Part shown: positions 37,247 to 46,401 of the stretch, in pieces | How positions within the stretch are numbered: position 1 is the stretch's first letter | Layout of the letters: each line of letters opens with the position of its first letter | NCBI GenBank assembly: GCA_049513715.1 | Contig: JBEKVV010000001.1 | Location: 384,001-448,000 of the forward strand | Reading direction: 5' to 3' | Length of the DNA: 64,000 nt | From: Candidatus Bathyarchaeia archaeon | GTDB lineage: Archaea; Thermoproteota; Bathyarchaeia; 40CM-2-53-6 | Notes under the pieces: model-generated | Seen by the model: the letters and a program-made list of their open reading frames with translations, nothing else | Told to the model about the DNA's origin: nothing | The model's database searches: none | Translations under genes and position numbers: made by a program

Positions 37247-37376
37247 GGCTCGCAGAGCGTTCTTCGGAAAGCTCTTTGACGAGAAGTGAAAATGTCGTGA
37301 ACCACGGACCCGATCGAGATGTAATTCAGATTGGAGTATATTGGTCACGAAAGGCACTGTGAGGGGTCCGTAGGTT

Positions 37377-38204
37377 TTGGACGTTAGAATTATCGATGAG
37401 AAAGATAACGCCCTCCGGTTCCTGCTGCAAGGAACCAACCACACTTACGCCAATGCCTTAAGGCGTGCGATGATCGCTGAAGTTCCAGCCATGGCGATTG
37501 AAGACGTAATCATAATTGAGAACAACTCAGTCCTCTACGATGAGGTAATCGCACACCGACTAGGCCTCATACCTCTCAAAACAGATCTCGACGCGTATGT
37601 TCTCCCAGAAGAATGCGACTGCAAGAGCGAGCTGGGATGCAGCAAATGCAGGGCCTCCTTCACGCTCGAAGCGGAAGCAGTAGATGAGCCTGTCATGGTT
37701 TACTCGTCTGACCTTAAGGGTGAAAGCGGTGTGACCCCAGTCAGCGGCAATATCCCCATCGTTAAGCTGGGGCCCTCACAGAAGTTGCGCTTAGAAGTTT
37801 ATGCGAGACTCGGGAAAGGAATTGAACACGCGAAGTGGCAGCCGGTCTCGGCGTGTGCGTACAAGTACCTCCCGAAGGTCCTGTTAAACCCCGACAACCT
37901 TTCCAACCCTGATGACGTGATTCACGTCTGCCCGGCTAACGTTTACGCCCGCGACCCTGAAAGCAAAATCGTTGTTCGTGATGAGATGGCGTGCACACTG
38001 TGCATGGACTGCGTAAAGAAAGCAGTTCCATTGGATCCGAAGAAGGCGTCTCCAGTCAAGGTAACCGGGGACGACACTTCATTCGTCTTTTACGTGGAGT
38101 CAACTGGTGCCATGCCACCTCGGAGAATTGCGATCGAAGCAGCCAAATTAATCGACAAGAAAGCGATGTCGCTAAACGACCTAGTGAGAAAAGGCCTCGA
38201 ATAG
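37377..38204 (+). CDS. rpoD: RNA polymerase subunit Rpo3 (D) with ferredoxin-like Fe-S insert
   Basis: ANALRRAMIAEVP, HRLGLIPL, HAKWQP, CP...CTLCMDC. Confidence 0.97.
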   Translation: MDVRIIDEKDNALRFLLQGTNHTYANALRRAMIAEVPAMAIEDVIIIENNSVLYDEVIAHRLGLIPLKTDLDAYVLPEECDCKSELGCSKCRASFTLEAEAVDEPVMVYSSDLKGESGVTPVSGNIPIVKLGPSQKLRLEVYARLGKGIEHAKWQPVSACAYKYLPKVLLNPDNLSNPDDVIHVCPANVYARDPESKIVVRDEMACTLCMDCVKKAVPLDPKKASPVKVTGDDTSFVFYVESTGAMPPRRIAIEAAKLIDKKAMSLNDLVRKGLE

Positions 38205-38216
38205 GAGAACTCGCAG

Positions 38217-38576
38217 ATGCTGAGAGTAAAAACTAACACCGAGCTTCTGGACACGATTCGTTTCCTGAAAGTGAAAGCACGCGAGAACAAGTCAAGGGTT
38301 TGGATAGTTGCCGCTGAATACTTGTCGAAGCCACGACGAGGTAGAACGACGCTGAACCTGAACCACATATCCCGCTCGTCCACTACTGATTCAGCCGTCC
38401 TCGTTCCGGGCAAGGTTCTAGGCGCCGGATTAATCAAGCACCCTGTAACTATTGGTGCCCTCGAGTTTTCCCAAGGAGCAAAGGTGAAAATTGAGCGGGC
38501 TGGGGGAAAATGCGTTTCAATCAAGGATTTCGTTTCAAAGTATCCGAAAGGATCTAAGGTTCTGATCTTGAGGTAG
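38217..38576 (+). CDS. rpl18e: 50S ribosomal protein eL18
   Basis: VPGKVLGAG, AKVKIERAGG. Confidence 0.95.
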   Translation: MLRVKTNTELLDTIRFLKVKARENKSRVWIVAAEYLSKPRRGRTTLNLNHISRSSTTDSAVLVPGKVLGAGLIKHPVTIGALEFSQGAKVKIERAGGKCVSIKDFVSKYPKGSKVLILR

Positions 38577-38581
38577 CACCA

Positions 38582-39028
38582 ATGTCCAAAGAGCCTATGT
38601 TTCTCGATGCCTCAAACCAAATTCTCGGCCGAATGGCAAGCTATGTAGCGAAGCGAGCCCTGAATGGGGAGACTGTTATCGTAGTTAATGCCGAGAAAGC
38701 AGTCATCTCAGGTAGACGGCACAGCATTGTAGATAGGGCGAAGTTGATGCTGGAGACAAGAACCCTGCAAAACCAGACAAGAGCCCCAGTGCACCAGCGT
38801 CGCCCCGACGTTTATGTGCGGCGAGTTATTCGCGGCATGTTACCTTGGAAGAAAGCCAAAGGTCGAGCTGCCTTCCACAGGGTACTGGTCTTTATTGGGG
38901 TTCCAGAAGAATACCAAAAGAAGATGCTTGCCAAGGTTCCAGGGGCAGACGCTTCAAGGCTCTCATCGCCCTACATGACTATAGCAGATTTAGCCACAGA
39001 GATTTGGAGGCCGAACCCAAGTGACTGA
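38582..39028 (+). CDS. rpl13: 50S ribosomal protein uL13
   Basis: ILGRMASYVAK, VNAEKAVISG, IRGMLP. Confidence 0.96.
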   Translation: MSKEPMFLDASNQILGRMASYVAKRALNGETVIVVNAEKAVISGRRHSIVDRAKLMLETRTLQNQTRAPVHQRRPDVYVRRVIRGMLPWKKAKGRAAFHRVLVFIGVPEEYQKKMLAKVPGADASRLSSPYMTIADLATEIWRPNPSD

Positions 39029-39479
39029 GACAATGGAAAAACCGGCAGAGAAACCGGAGAAGCCTGAAAAGGCAGAAAAGAAGCGGATCGTGCTCGTAAC
39101 AGGAAAGAGGAAGACCGCCATTGCCCGCGCTATAGTCAAACAAGGCGCGGGTAAAGTGTTCGTGAACGGGATTCCACTCGCAACATTCAGCCCGGAAGTC
39201 GCGAGAATGAAGATTAGCGAGGCGCTGGTTCTTTCTGGCGAGCGGTGGAAGGCACTTGACTTCAATGTCAAAGTCAGCGGGGGAGGGTTCATGGGTCAGG
39301 CCGAAGCCGCCCGAATGGCCGTGGCGAAAGGCTTAGTCACGTGGACTCGAAGCTCAGAACTCAGAAAGACTATGACTAACTACGATAGAACAATGCTCGC
39401 CGGTGACCCTCGAAGAAAGGAACCAAAGAAATTTGGTGGACCGGGCGCTAGAAGACGCGAGCAGAAATCATACAGGTAG
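39021..39479 (+). CDS. rps9: 30S ribosomal protein uS9
   Basis: GKRKTAIARA, EPKKFGGPGAR...QKSYR. Confidence 0.97.
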   Translation: MTETMEKPAEKPEKPEKAEKKRIVLVTGKRKTAIARAIVKQGAGKVFVNGIPLATFSPEVARMKISEALVLSGERWKALDFNVKVSGGGFMGQAEAARMAVAKGLVTWTRSSELRKTMTNYDRTMLAGDPRRKEPKKFGGPGARRREQKSYR

Positions 39480-39491
39480 GACTGCGCGGCC

Positions 39492-39716
39492 TTGATAATT
39501 CCGATACGATGTTTCACATGCGGGAAGCTCGTCGCCGATCGCTGGGAGGAATTCGCGCGTCGAATCAAAGCGGGTGAGCGTCCGAAGAAAGTACTAGATG
39601 ATATTGGAATGACACGGTACTGCTGTCGTCGTATGTTCATATCACACGTCGACATTTTGGATGACCTGCTAAGATACTCGCAAGTTACCGCGAAGAAACG
39701 CGCACAATTCGAGTAA
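39492..39716 (+). CDS. rpoN: RNA polymerase subunit Rpo10 (N)
   Basis: [19 protein letters not shown]. Confidence 0.97.
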   Translation: MIIPIRCFTCGKLVADRWEEFARRIKAGERPKKVLDDIGMTRYCCRRMFISHVDILDDLLRYSQVTAKKRAQFE

Positions 39717-39733
39717 GATGGAAGAGAACAAGA

Positions 39734-40399
39734 ATGTCTGAAGTTGAAGAAAAAGAGGGAATGCCAAAGTCAGAGGACTTACTCCTACCACTTGAGGAAC
39801 TACTGGCAGCAGGCCTCCACATAGGCACAAGAATCAAGACCGGAGACATGGAGCCATACATTTACCGCGTCCGACCGGACGGGCTCTTCATCCTCAACAT
39901 CGGCAAAACCGATGAGAAGATTCGGCTGGCGTCTCGTTTCATAGCACGCTTTGAACAGGAACGAGTTTTGATAGTGTCATCTAGACTTTACGGGAAGACT
40001 CCTGTAGAGAAATTCTGCGAGACAACGAAGACAATACCCATCATCGGCCGTTTCATGCCTGGACTCATTTCAAATCCCTTACAACCTAACCATGCCGATC
40101 CGCAAGTTATCATGGTAACCGATCCAAGGGCAGACTGGCAAGCAATCAAAGAATCATCAAGCGCAGGTGTGCCAGTAATCGCATTATGCGACACAGACAA
40201 CGTCTTTAGCGGCGTTGACTTGGCGATTCCAGTCAACAACAAAGGCAGACGAGCATTAGCCATGGTCTACTGGCTCCTCGCACGCCAAGTTCTCAGAGAA
40301 CGAGGAGAACTCGCGCAGGACGCCACAATTACCACAACAGTAGACGACTTCGAAACCAAACTCGCAGCTATCGCCCCCAGAGCGGGCGGTGAGCTTTGA
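39734..40399 (+). CDS. rps2: 30S ribosomal protein uS2
   Basis: AAGLHIGT, GRFMPG, IPVNNKGRRAL. Confidence 0.97.
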   Translation: MSEVEEKEGMPKSEDLLLPLEELLAAGLHIGTRIKTGDMEPYIYRVRPDGLFILNIGKTDEKIRLASRFIARFEQERVLIVSSRLYGKTPVEKFCETTKTIPIIGRFMPGLISNPLQPNHADPQVIMVTDPRADWQAIKESSSAGVPVIALCDTDNVFSGVDLAIPVNNKGRRALAMVYWLLARQVLRERGELAQDATITTTVDDFETKLAAIAPRAGGEL

Positions 40400-41277
40400 A
40401 AACTAGAAAACCACATGTCGCTGGACAGTTCTACGCAGGAACCAAAACTGAACTCGAAGAACAAATAACCGAATGCTTCTCACATCGCTACGGACCAGGA
40501 GCAGTACCCAAGACAGTCAGTCACGGTTCTAGAAAGATCGTGGGAATTGTTTCACCCCACGCTGGGTATGGCTACTCTGGGCCGGTAGCCGCCAATGGCT
40601 ACAGTAGAGTAGCACAGGATGGTCTACCCGAAGTGTTCATCGTCTTGGGCCCCAATCACTATGGGCATGGTAGTGGAGTCTCCATTCAGACAGAGGGAGC
40701 CTGGGAGACACCGCTCGGCCTAACGCCAATCGATACACCATTGGCCAAGAACATTCAGAAAGCGAGCGAGATCATCGACATCGATGAATCAGCTCACTCT
40801 GCGGAGCACTCGATTGAGGTTCAAGTACCTTTCATCCAGTTCATCTCCACAGGAACGGCGAAGTTCATTCCCATATGCAGCTGGATGCAAGACCTCAAAA
40901 CCAGTCGAGAAATCGCGAATAGCATTGTTCAACAAGTTAAGGGAAGAGACTTCGTGATTGTTGCCTCGAGTGATTTCACACATCACGAGCGGGGCTACGG
41001 AGACAAAAACGAAGCAGAAATGCTCGCGAGCATAAACAAACGAGATCAGTCAGCAATAGAAGCCATAACTAACCTCGATGACGCCGCACTGAATGAGCTG
41101 GGTGAGACTCAGAAGGTAACGATGTGCGGCTACGGACCGATTACAACACTCATAGCTACAGCGAAACTTCTGGGTTCCACGAAAGCTGAATTTCTCGCCC
41201 ACAAAACTAGCTATGACATAACCGGCGATTCAGGCTACGTGGTTGGATACTCGTCCATCGTGTTCTTACGCGACTAA
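40396..41277 (+). CDS. MEMO1 family protein (AmmeMemoRadiSam protein B)
   Basis: VAGQFY, PHAGYGYSG, EHSIEVQ, SSDFTH, MCGYGP. Confidence 0.92.
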   Translation: MKTRKPHVAGQFYAGTKTELEEQITECFSHRYGPGAVPKTVSHGSRKIVGIVSPHAGYGYSGPVAANGYSRVAQDGLPEVFIVLGPNHYGHGSGVSIQTEGAWETPLGLTPIDTPLAKNIQKASEIIDIDESAHSAEHSIEVQVPFIQFISTGTAKFIPICSWMQDLKTSREIANSIVQQVKGRDFVIVASSDFTHHERGYGDKNEAEMLASINKRDQSAIEAITNLDDAALNELGETQKVTMCGYGPITTLIATAKLLGSTKAEFLAHKTSYDITGDSGYVVGYSSIVFLRD

Positions 41278-41377
41278 TCAAAGAAATTTGGGTTGACTCG
41301 GCGAAGGCTTAGGTCTTAAATTCGATATAGATTTGGATACTGAAAACCTTCACTGGTTAGTCATAGGAGAAACTGTG

Positions 41378-42349
41378 TTGAGCAAGGCAACAGCGTGTGC
41401 GCATGCGATACAAGGGCTCGTGAAGTACCACGGCCTCAAGAACAAGAAACTGAGATTACCCTACCACAACAGCATTTCCGTCTGTGCGGAGAAACTCACA
41501 ACCAAGGCCACGATTGAGTTCGGGTCTCAATATACTGAAGACGTCAGCGAAATCAACGGTGCAGTTGCGAAAGATGCTGAAGCACTTCGAGTCATGGAAG
41601 TTGTCAACGCACTGCGGAAACTCGCGAAGAAAGATGACCATTTCCACCTAGTGAGCGCAAACAGTCTAGTCAAGGTAAAGGGTCTGGGTTTTTCGGCCTC
41701 GGCGTTCGCGTCCATAGCCCTCGCTGCAAGCACCGCGCTGGGATTGAACATGGATCATGATCATCTGAGTGAGATTGCGCGACTGGGCGCGGGGTCAGCG
41801 AGTAGGAGTGTTGCAGGGGGGTTCGCGATTTGGTATGCAAACAAGGAAGGTAGGTCTTACGCCCGCCAACTCGCTGACGGTAAACGACTACCGCTAGCAA
41901 TGGGCATCGTCCCAATGGCTGCTGACATCAAGACGGACAAGGCCCACGAAGAGTTCGTTAGTTCGCCATTCTTCACCGGACGACTAAGGGAAGTAAATGT
42001 CAGCTTACGGAAAATGGTTCGAGCCATAAGCAAAGGCGACTTGAACGAGGTGTGCCGCCTTGCAGAAGTGGATTCCCGAAGTCTGCACGCGATCACCATG
42101 ACCGGGAAGAGCGGGCTTGTCTTAATGGCTCCTGACACGATAAACGTGATTCGAAGGGTAACGGCGATGCGGGAGGAACGAGGAATTCCTGTGTGGTACT
42201 CACTCGATACTGGCCCATCCGTCTTCCTAAACACTCATCCCGAAAACTTGGACGAGGTATGTGATGACATCGCGAAGAACACGGGTCTCAAAGTCATAAA
42301 AAGTGGAGTGGGCGGGTCCGCATACACGCTTGATCAACACCTCTTCTAG
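41378..42349 (+). CDS. mvaD: Phosphomevalonate decarboxylase-like GHMP enzyme (haloarchaeal type)
   Basis: KATACAHAIQGLVKYHG...RLPYHNSISVC, GLGFSAS, ARLGAGSASRS, SLDTGPSV. Confidence 0.85.
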   Translation: MSKATACAHAIQGLVKYHGLKNKKLRLPYHNSISVCAEKLTTKATIEFGSQYTEDVSEINGAVAKDAEALRVMEVVNALRKLAKKDDHFHLVSANSLVKVKGLGFSASAFASIALAASTALGLNMDHDHLSEIARLGAGSASRSVAGGFAIWYANKEGRSYARQLADGKRLPLAMGIVPMAADIKTDKAHEEFVSSPFFTGRLREVNVSLRKMVRAISKGDLNEVCRLAEVDSRSLHAITMTGKSGLVLMAPDTINVIRRVTAMREERGIPVWYSLDTGPSVFLNTHPENLDEVCDDIAKNTGLKVIKSGVGGSAYTLDQHLF

Positions 42350-42485
42350 CAAGCCTCCAGAACAACACAAACCAAAGCCTTCCAGCCGAATCCAGAAATC
42401 AATCGAACTAACACACCCTTGTATCTTGTGGGAGCTCCGTTCGGCTTTTCTACTACCTCCACCGAGACAAGTCGAGGAGAGATTC

Positions 42486-43412
42486 TTGGGAGTGGGTGCC
42501 GGTTTCGGAAAGGCAATCTTGTTCAATGAGCACTTTGTCGTGTATGGCCTTCCCGCTATAGCTTCAGCGATTAACGCAAAGACAACTGCGCTGGTTGAGA
42601 GACGCTCATGGTCGGGTGTCGAGTTAATCGATAACCGGCCTGAAACGAAAGGGTACAAGTCCGGGAAAGCCGACCAGCAGAAAGAGTCTCTGGACATAAT
42701 GCTCAGGTTCATGAACGTCGACACGAAGCATCACGCCTTTCGGATAACTCTTGGCGGCGACCTTCTCGCAGCGAGCGGAGTAGGTGCAAGCGCCGCCTCA
42801 TGCGCAGCGATCGCACGAGCCTTTTCAGAAGAGTTGCATCTTGGCTACTCGGATGATAAGATAAACGAGGTCGCGTATGAGGGTGAGAAAGGATATCATG
42901 GTAATCCGTCAGGGGTCGACAATACTGCCGCAACGTTCGGCGGCCTGATCTGGTACCGACGAGAAGGCACGTCTCAACTGATGGAACGTCTCAAGCTCAG
43001 AAAGCCTGTAGAGATTGTCATGGGAAACACCGGGATAGTGGCCGACACAAAAGTAGTAGTGGGCGGCGTGAGGGAGCGAAAGGACAAGGATCCCGGGAAA
43101 TATGAGCGGATCTTTAAAGACGCACAGCGGCTGGTGGAGGACGCAAGGAAACAGCTTGAGGAGTATGATCTCAAGAAGGTAGGAGCTCTGATGAATGAGA
43201 ACCATAGACTTCTGCAGGAAATAGGCGTCTCATGCAGTGAGCTTGATATGCTCGTGGATTTATCGCGTGATACCGGAGCGTGGGGGGCGAAGATGACCGG
43301 GACAGGGAAGGGTGGTTACATGATCGCTCTTACTCCAGGGAAGGAACTTCAGGAAAACGTTGCGATGGAAATAGGGAGGAAGGGCTTTCAGGCGCTACGA
43401 ACAACCATTTGA
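42486..43412 (+). CDS. mvk: Mevalonate kinase
   Basis: GKAILFNEHFVVYG, SGVGASAA, HGNPSGVD, GAKMTGTGKGG; start re-called. Confidence 0.93.
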   Translation: MGVGAGFGKAILFNEHFVVYGLPAIASAINAKTTALVERRSWSGVELIDNRPETKGYKSGKADQQKESLDIMLRFMNVDTKHHAFRITLGGDLLAASGVGASAASCAAIARAFSEELHLGYSDDKINEVAYEGEKGYHGNPSGVDNTAATFGGLIWYRREGTSQLMERLKLRKPVEIVMGNTGIVADTKVVVGGVRERKDKDPGKYERIFKDAQRLVEDARKQLEEYDLKKVGALMNENHRLLQEIGVSCSELDMLVDLSRDTGAWGAKMTGTGKGGYMIALTPGKELQENVAMEIGRKGFQALRTTI

Positions 43413-43452
43413 GCATAGGAGCCGCTCAACGCATCTTGCATGGTGAGCATGA

Positions 43453-44727
43453 ATGGAGTTAGCAGAGCTTGTCAAGAAACTAGATGAAAAAGCGCTGTTG
43501 ACCAGAATCAGCAAGCCCGCGGATCCCAAGTATGAGATTTCAACTTTGATGAAAATGCTGGATGGCCAGGTCCTACTTTTCGACCATGTTAAGGGTTCCA
43601 GCATGCCAATAGTCGCGAACGTGTGTTCGACGCGAGACCTAGTCGCAATAGGACTTGGGACGACCAGGAAGGAGCTTATCGCGAAACTGGCGGATGCAAT
43701 AGACCACCCGAAGAAAGTTAAGACATTCGAAGCGGAAGGTTACGAGAACATAGGCTCCGATCTCGGAAAACTGCCTATTCTGACATATTACCCGAAGGAC
43801 GGGGGGCCGTACATTGCGTCCGGGGTAGTTGCCGCCAGCGACAAGGAGCACGGCCTCAACCTCTCCTACCATCGATCACAAGTCTTAGGAAAGGACACTC
43901 TGGTACTGCGAATCCTGGAGAGGCATTTTGACGCCTACATTAAACGTGGATTGAAAGAATTCGCAATCTGCATCTCCTGCCCGGTACAGGTTTTAGTGAG
44001 CGCAGCGATATCCGTGGATATGGGCATCAGCGAGATCGAGATAGCCAACGCTTTGGAAGAAACATCGCAACTACGTCTCGACGGGCAACTGGTTCCCCCT
44101 TCAGACATTGTGATAATCGCCGAGTTGACTGGCGAGCTGCATGATGAGGGGCCGTTCCTTGACTTGACGGAGACCTTCGACATAATTCGGAAACAGAGAG
44201 TAGCGAGGGTGAAGAAGATCTACGTGAAGAAGGGGGCGATGTACCACGCCCTTCTACCCGGCGGGCTTGAGCACAAGGTTCTGATGGGTATGCCGAGGGA
44301 ACCAACAATTTTCAGAGAAGTAGCGAAAGTCTGCGACGTCAAAGACGTACTCGTCACCCCAGGCGGGTGCTCCTGGCTTCATGGAGCGGTGAGCATAAGC
44401 AAGAAGCACCCAGACGATGGTAGGAAAGCTATCGAAGCCGCCTTCAAAGGGCACAAGTCAATGAAACATGTCTTCGTAGTAGACGACGACATAAACATCC
44501 ATGACCCGAACGAAATCGAATGGGCAATGGCTACTCGTTTCCAAGCCGACAAGAACATGGTCACCAAGAGGGAAAAAGGGTCATCACTTGACCCATCCTC
44601 AGACATGGATACACAAATGACGTGCAAAGTTGGATTCGACCTAACTGTCCCCGAAGGCGGAAAGAAAGAGTTCAAACGACCAACCTTGCCAATGAAACTG
44701 AACGTCGAGGATTATCTCAAACGATGA
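43453..44727 (+). CDS. UbiD-family decarboxylase (probable anhydromevalonate phosphate decarboxylase)
   Basis: EGPF, MGMPREP, VVDDDI...EWAMATRFQAD, GSSLDPS; operon context. Confidence 0.88.
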   Translation: MELAELVKKLDEKALLTRISKPADPKYEISTLMKMLDGQVLLFDHVKGSSMPIVANVCSTRDLVAIGLGTTRKELIAKLADAIDHPKKVKTFEAEGYENIGSDLGKLPILTYYPKDGGPYIASGVVAASDKEHGLNLSYHRSQVLGKDTLVLRILERHFDAYIKRGLKEFAICISCPVQVLVSAAISVDMGISEIEIANALEETSQLRLDGQLVPPSDIVIIAELTGELHDEGPFLDLTETFDIIRKQRVARVKKIYVKKGAMYHALLPGGLEHKVLMGMPREPTIFREVAKVCDVKDVLVTPGGCSWLHGAVSISKKHPDDGRKAIEAAFKGHKSMKHVFVVDDDINIHDPNEIEWAMATRFQADKNMVTKREKGSSLDPSSDMDTQMTCKVGFDLTVPEGGKKEFKRPTLPMKLNVEDYLKR

Positions 44728-44744
44728 AGGAGTGAAACTGAACA

Positions 44745-45932
44745 ATGTTCCTATCCAACGATGAGGAACGAACCCTGTCAGGTGAGAACGGAGAAGTCAT
44801 GGAACGCCTGTTTCGACTCCTCGTGCGCTTGGGCGAGATCTATGACGCAGACAAAATGATACCCATAGGCTCAGCGCAAGTAGCAGGAGTCTCATACAAA
44901 TCGATAGGCGACCCTGGAGTCGAGTTCCTAGAAGATTATGCAGGGAAAGGCGCTTGTGTGAAAGTTGTCACCTACCTCAACCCGGCGGGCATGGACCTTG
45001 AAGACTGGCAGGAACTTCGTATCCCTCCCAGTTTCGCTGAGAAGCAACTTCGGATTATCAATGCTTTCAAGAAAATGGGAATAGTCGTCAGTGCTACGTG
45101 CACACCATATCTGGCAGGGAATCTCCCGAGATTCAGGGAGCACATTGCTTGGTCTGAATCCTCAGCCATCTCCTTCTCAAACTCCGTCATAGGAGCACGA
45201 ACCAACAGGGAGGGAGGGCCATCAGCCCTCGCGGCTGCACTATGCGGCGTCACACCGAATTACGGTCTCCACCTCGACCAGAACAGGAAACCACAAGTGC
45301 TCGTGGAAATCAACGCCAAGCTTGAGGAGAACGCGGACTACGGCGCGCTCGGCTACGTCGTCGGCCAACAAGTCAAGAACAGGATACCCTACTTCAAAGG
45401 AATCAAGGACGCCGATACCGATCAACTAAAAGCACTGGGCGCTGGGATGGCGGCATCTGGTGCCGTCGCACTCTACCACATCGAGGACCAAACTCCAGAG
45501 GCTCACCTCATGGAAACTGGAGGGCTGGAGAAGATTTCAGTGAGTGACAAGGATTTGGATGAAACATTTTCGAAGCTCACAACAGGAAAGGAACCAGACA
45601 TTGTGATCTTAGGTTGCCCGCACTCCTCCTTGAAGGAGGTAATGACGATCGCAAGGAAGTTGGAGGGAAAGAAGTTGAAAAAACCTCTATGGGTCTGCAC
45701 ATCGAGAATGGTAAAAGAGGCCGCGAACCGCATGGGCTTCACTCAAACAATAGAAGGTGCCGGTGGCAAGGTTTTGGCTGACACGTGCATGGTCGTTGCG
45801 CCGATCGAGGACATGGGATACAAGACGACAGGTGTGAACTCGGGAAAGGCAGCAAACTACCTGCCGAGCTTCTGCAGACAAGAGGTTGTCTTCTCCAGGC
45901 TTGACACGCTGATTGAGACGGTGACTGCCTGA
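44745..45932 (+). CDS. Phosphomevalonate dehydratase large subunit (aconitase X catalytic domain)
   Basis: TCTPY, WSESSA...NSVIGARTNREG, GCPH, DTCMVV, NSGKAANY. Confidence 0.9.
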   Translation: MFLSNDEERTLSGENGEVMERLFRLLVRLGEIYDADKMIPIGSAQVAGVSYKSIGDPGVEFLEDYAGKGACVKVVTYLNPAGMDLEDWQELRIPPSFAEKQLRIINAFKKMGIVVSATCTPYLAGNLPRFREHIAWSESSAISFSNSVIGARTNREGGPSALAAALCGVTPNYGLHLDQNRKPQVLVEINAKLEENADYGALGYVVGQQVKNRIPYFKGIKDADTDQLKALGAGMAASGAVALYHIEDQTPEAHLMETGGLEKISVSDKDLDETFSKLTTGKEPDIVILGCPHSSLKEVMTIARKLEGKKLKKPLWVCTSRMVKEAANRMGFTQTIEGAGGKVLADTCMVVAPIEDMGYKTTGVNSGKAANYLPSFCRQEVVFSRLDTLIETVTA

Positions 45933-45950
45933 GAGGGTTGGTGACGAGCA

Positions 45951-46355
45951 GTGGAGACTCTTAAGGGAAGGTCGATAAGCCCAGGCAGAGTAGAAGGCGA
46001 GTGCCTCGTATCGAGAGAGCCTATTGGATTCTACGGGGGAATCGACGCCAAGACCGGCATTTTCATTGAGAAAGGCCACGAACTAGAGGGCAAGTCCGTC
46101 AGGGGCAAAATCCTAGTGTTTCCTTGCGGGAAAGGTTCTACGGTTGGATCCTACGTGATCTATGGGCTCGCCAGGAACCATCAAGCACCTTTGGCAATTG
46201 TGAACAAGGAAACTGAAACAATAGTCGCCACAGGTGCAATCCTGGGCGGCGTTCCTTGCGTCGACCGGATTGCCGTAGAGAAAATCTCCACTGGAGACAG
46301 TCTCATAGTTGACGCGACAGTTGGAACAGTTTCAATCGTTAAGAGGCATGAGTAG
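45951..46355 (+). CDS. Phosphomevalonate dehydratase small subunit (DUF126 swivel domain)
   Basis: GKILVFPCGKGSTVGSY. Confidence 0.9.
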   Translation: METLKGRSISPGRVEGECLVSREPIGFYGGIDAKTGIFIEKGHELEGKSVRGKILVFPCGKGSTVGSYVIYGLARNHQAPLAIVNKETETIVATGAILGGVPCVDRIAVEKISTGDSLIVDATVGTVSIVKRHE

Positions 46356-46401
46356 CCCATAACGAAATTGAGGCCATCCGAGAAGGGAATTGAATACACA
46401 T

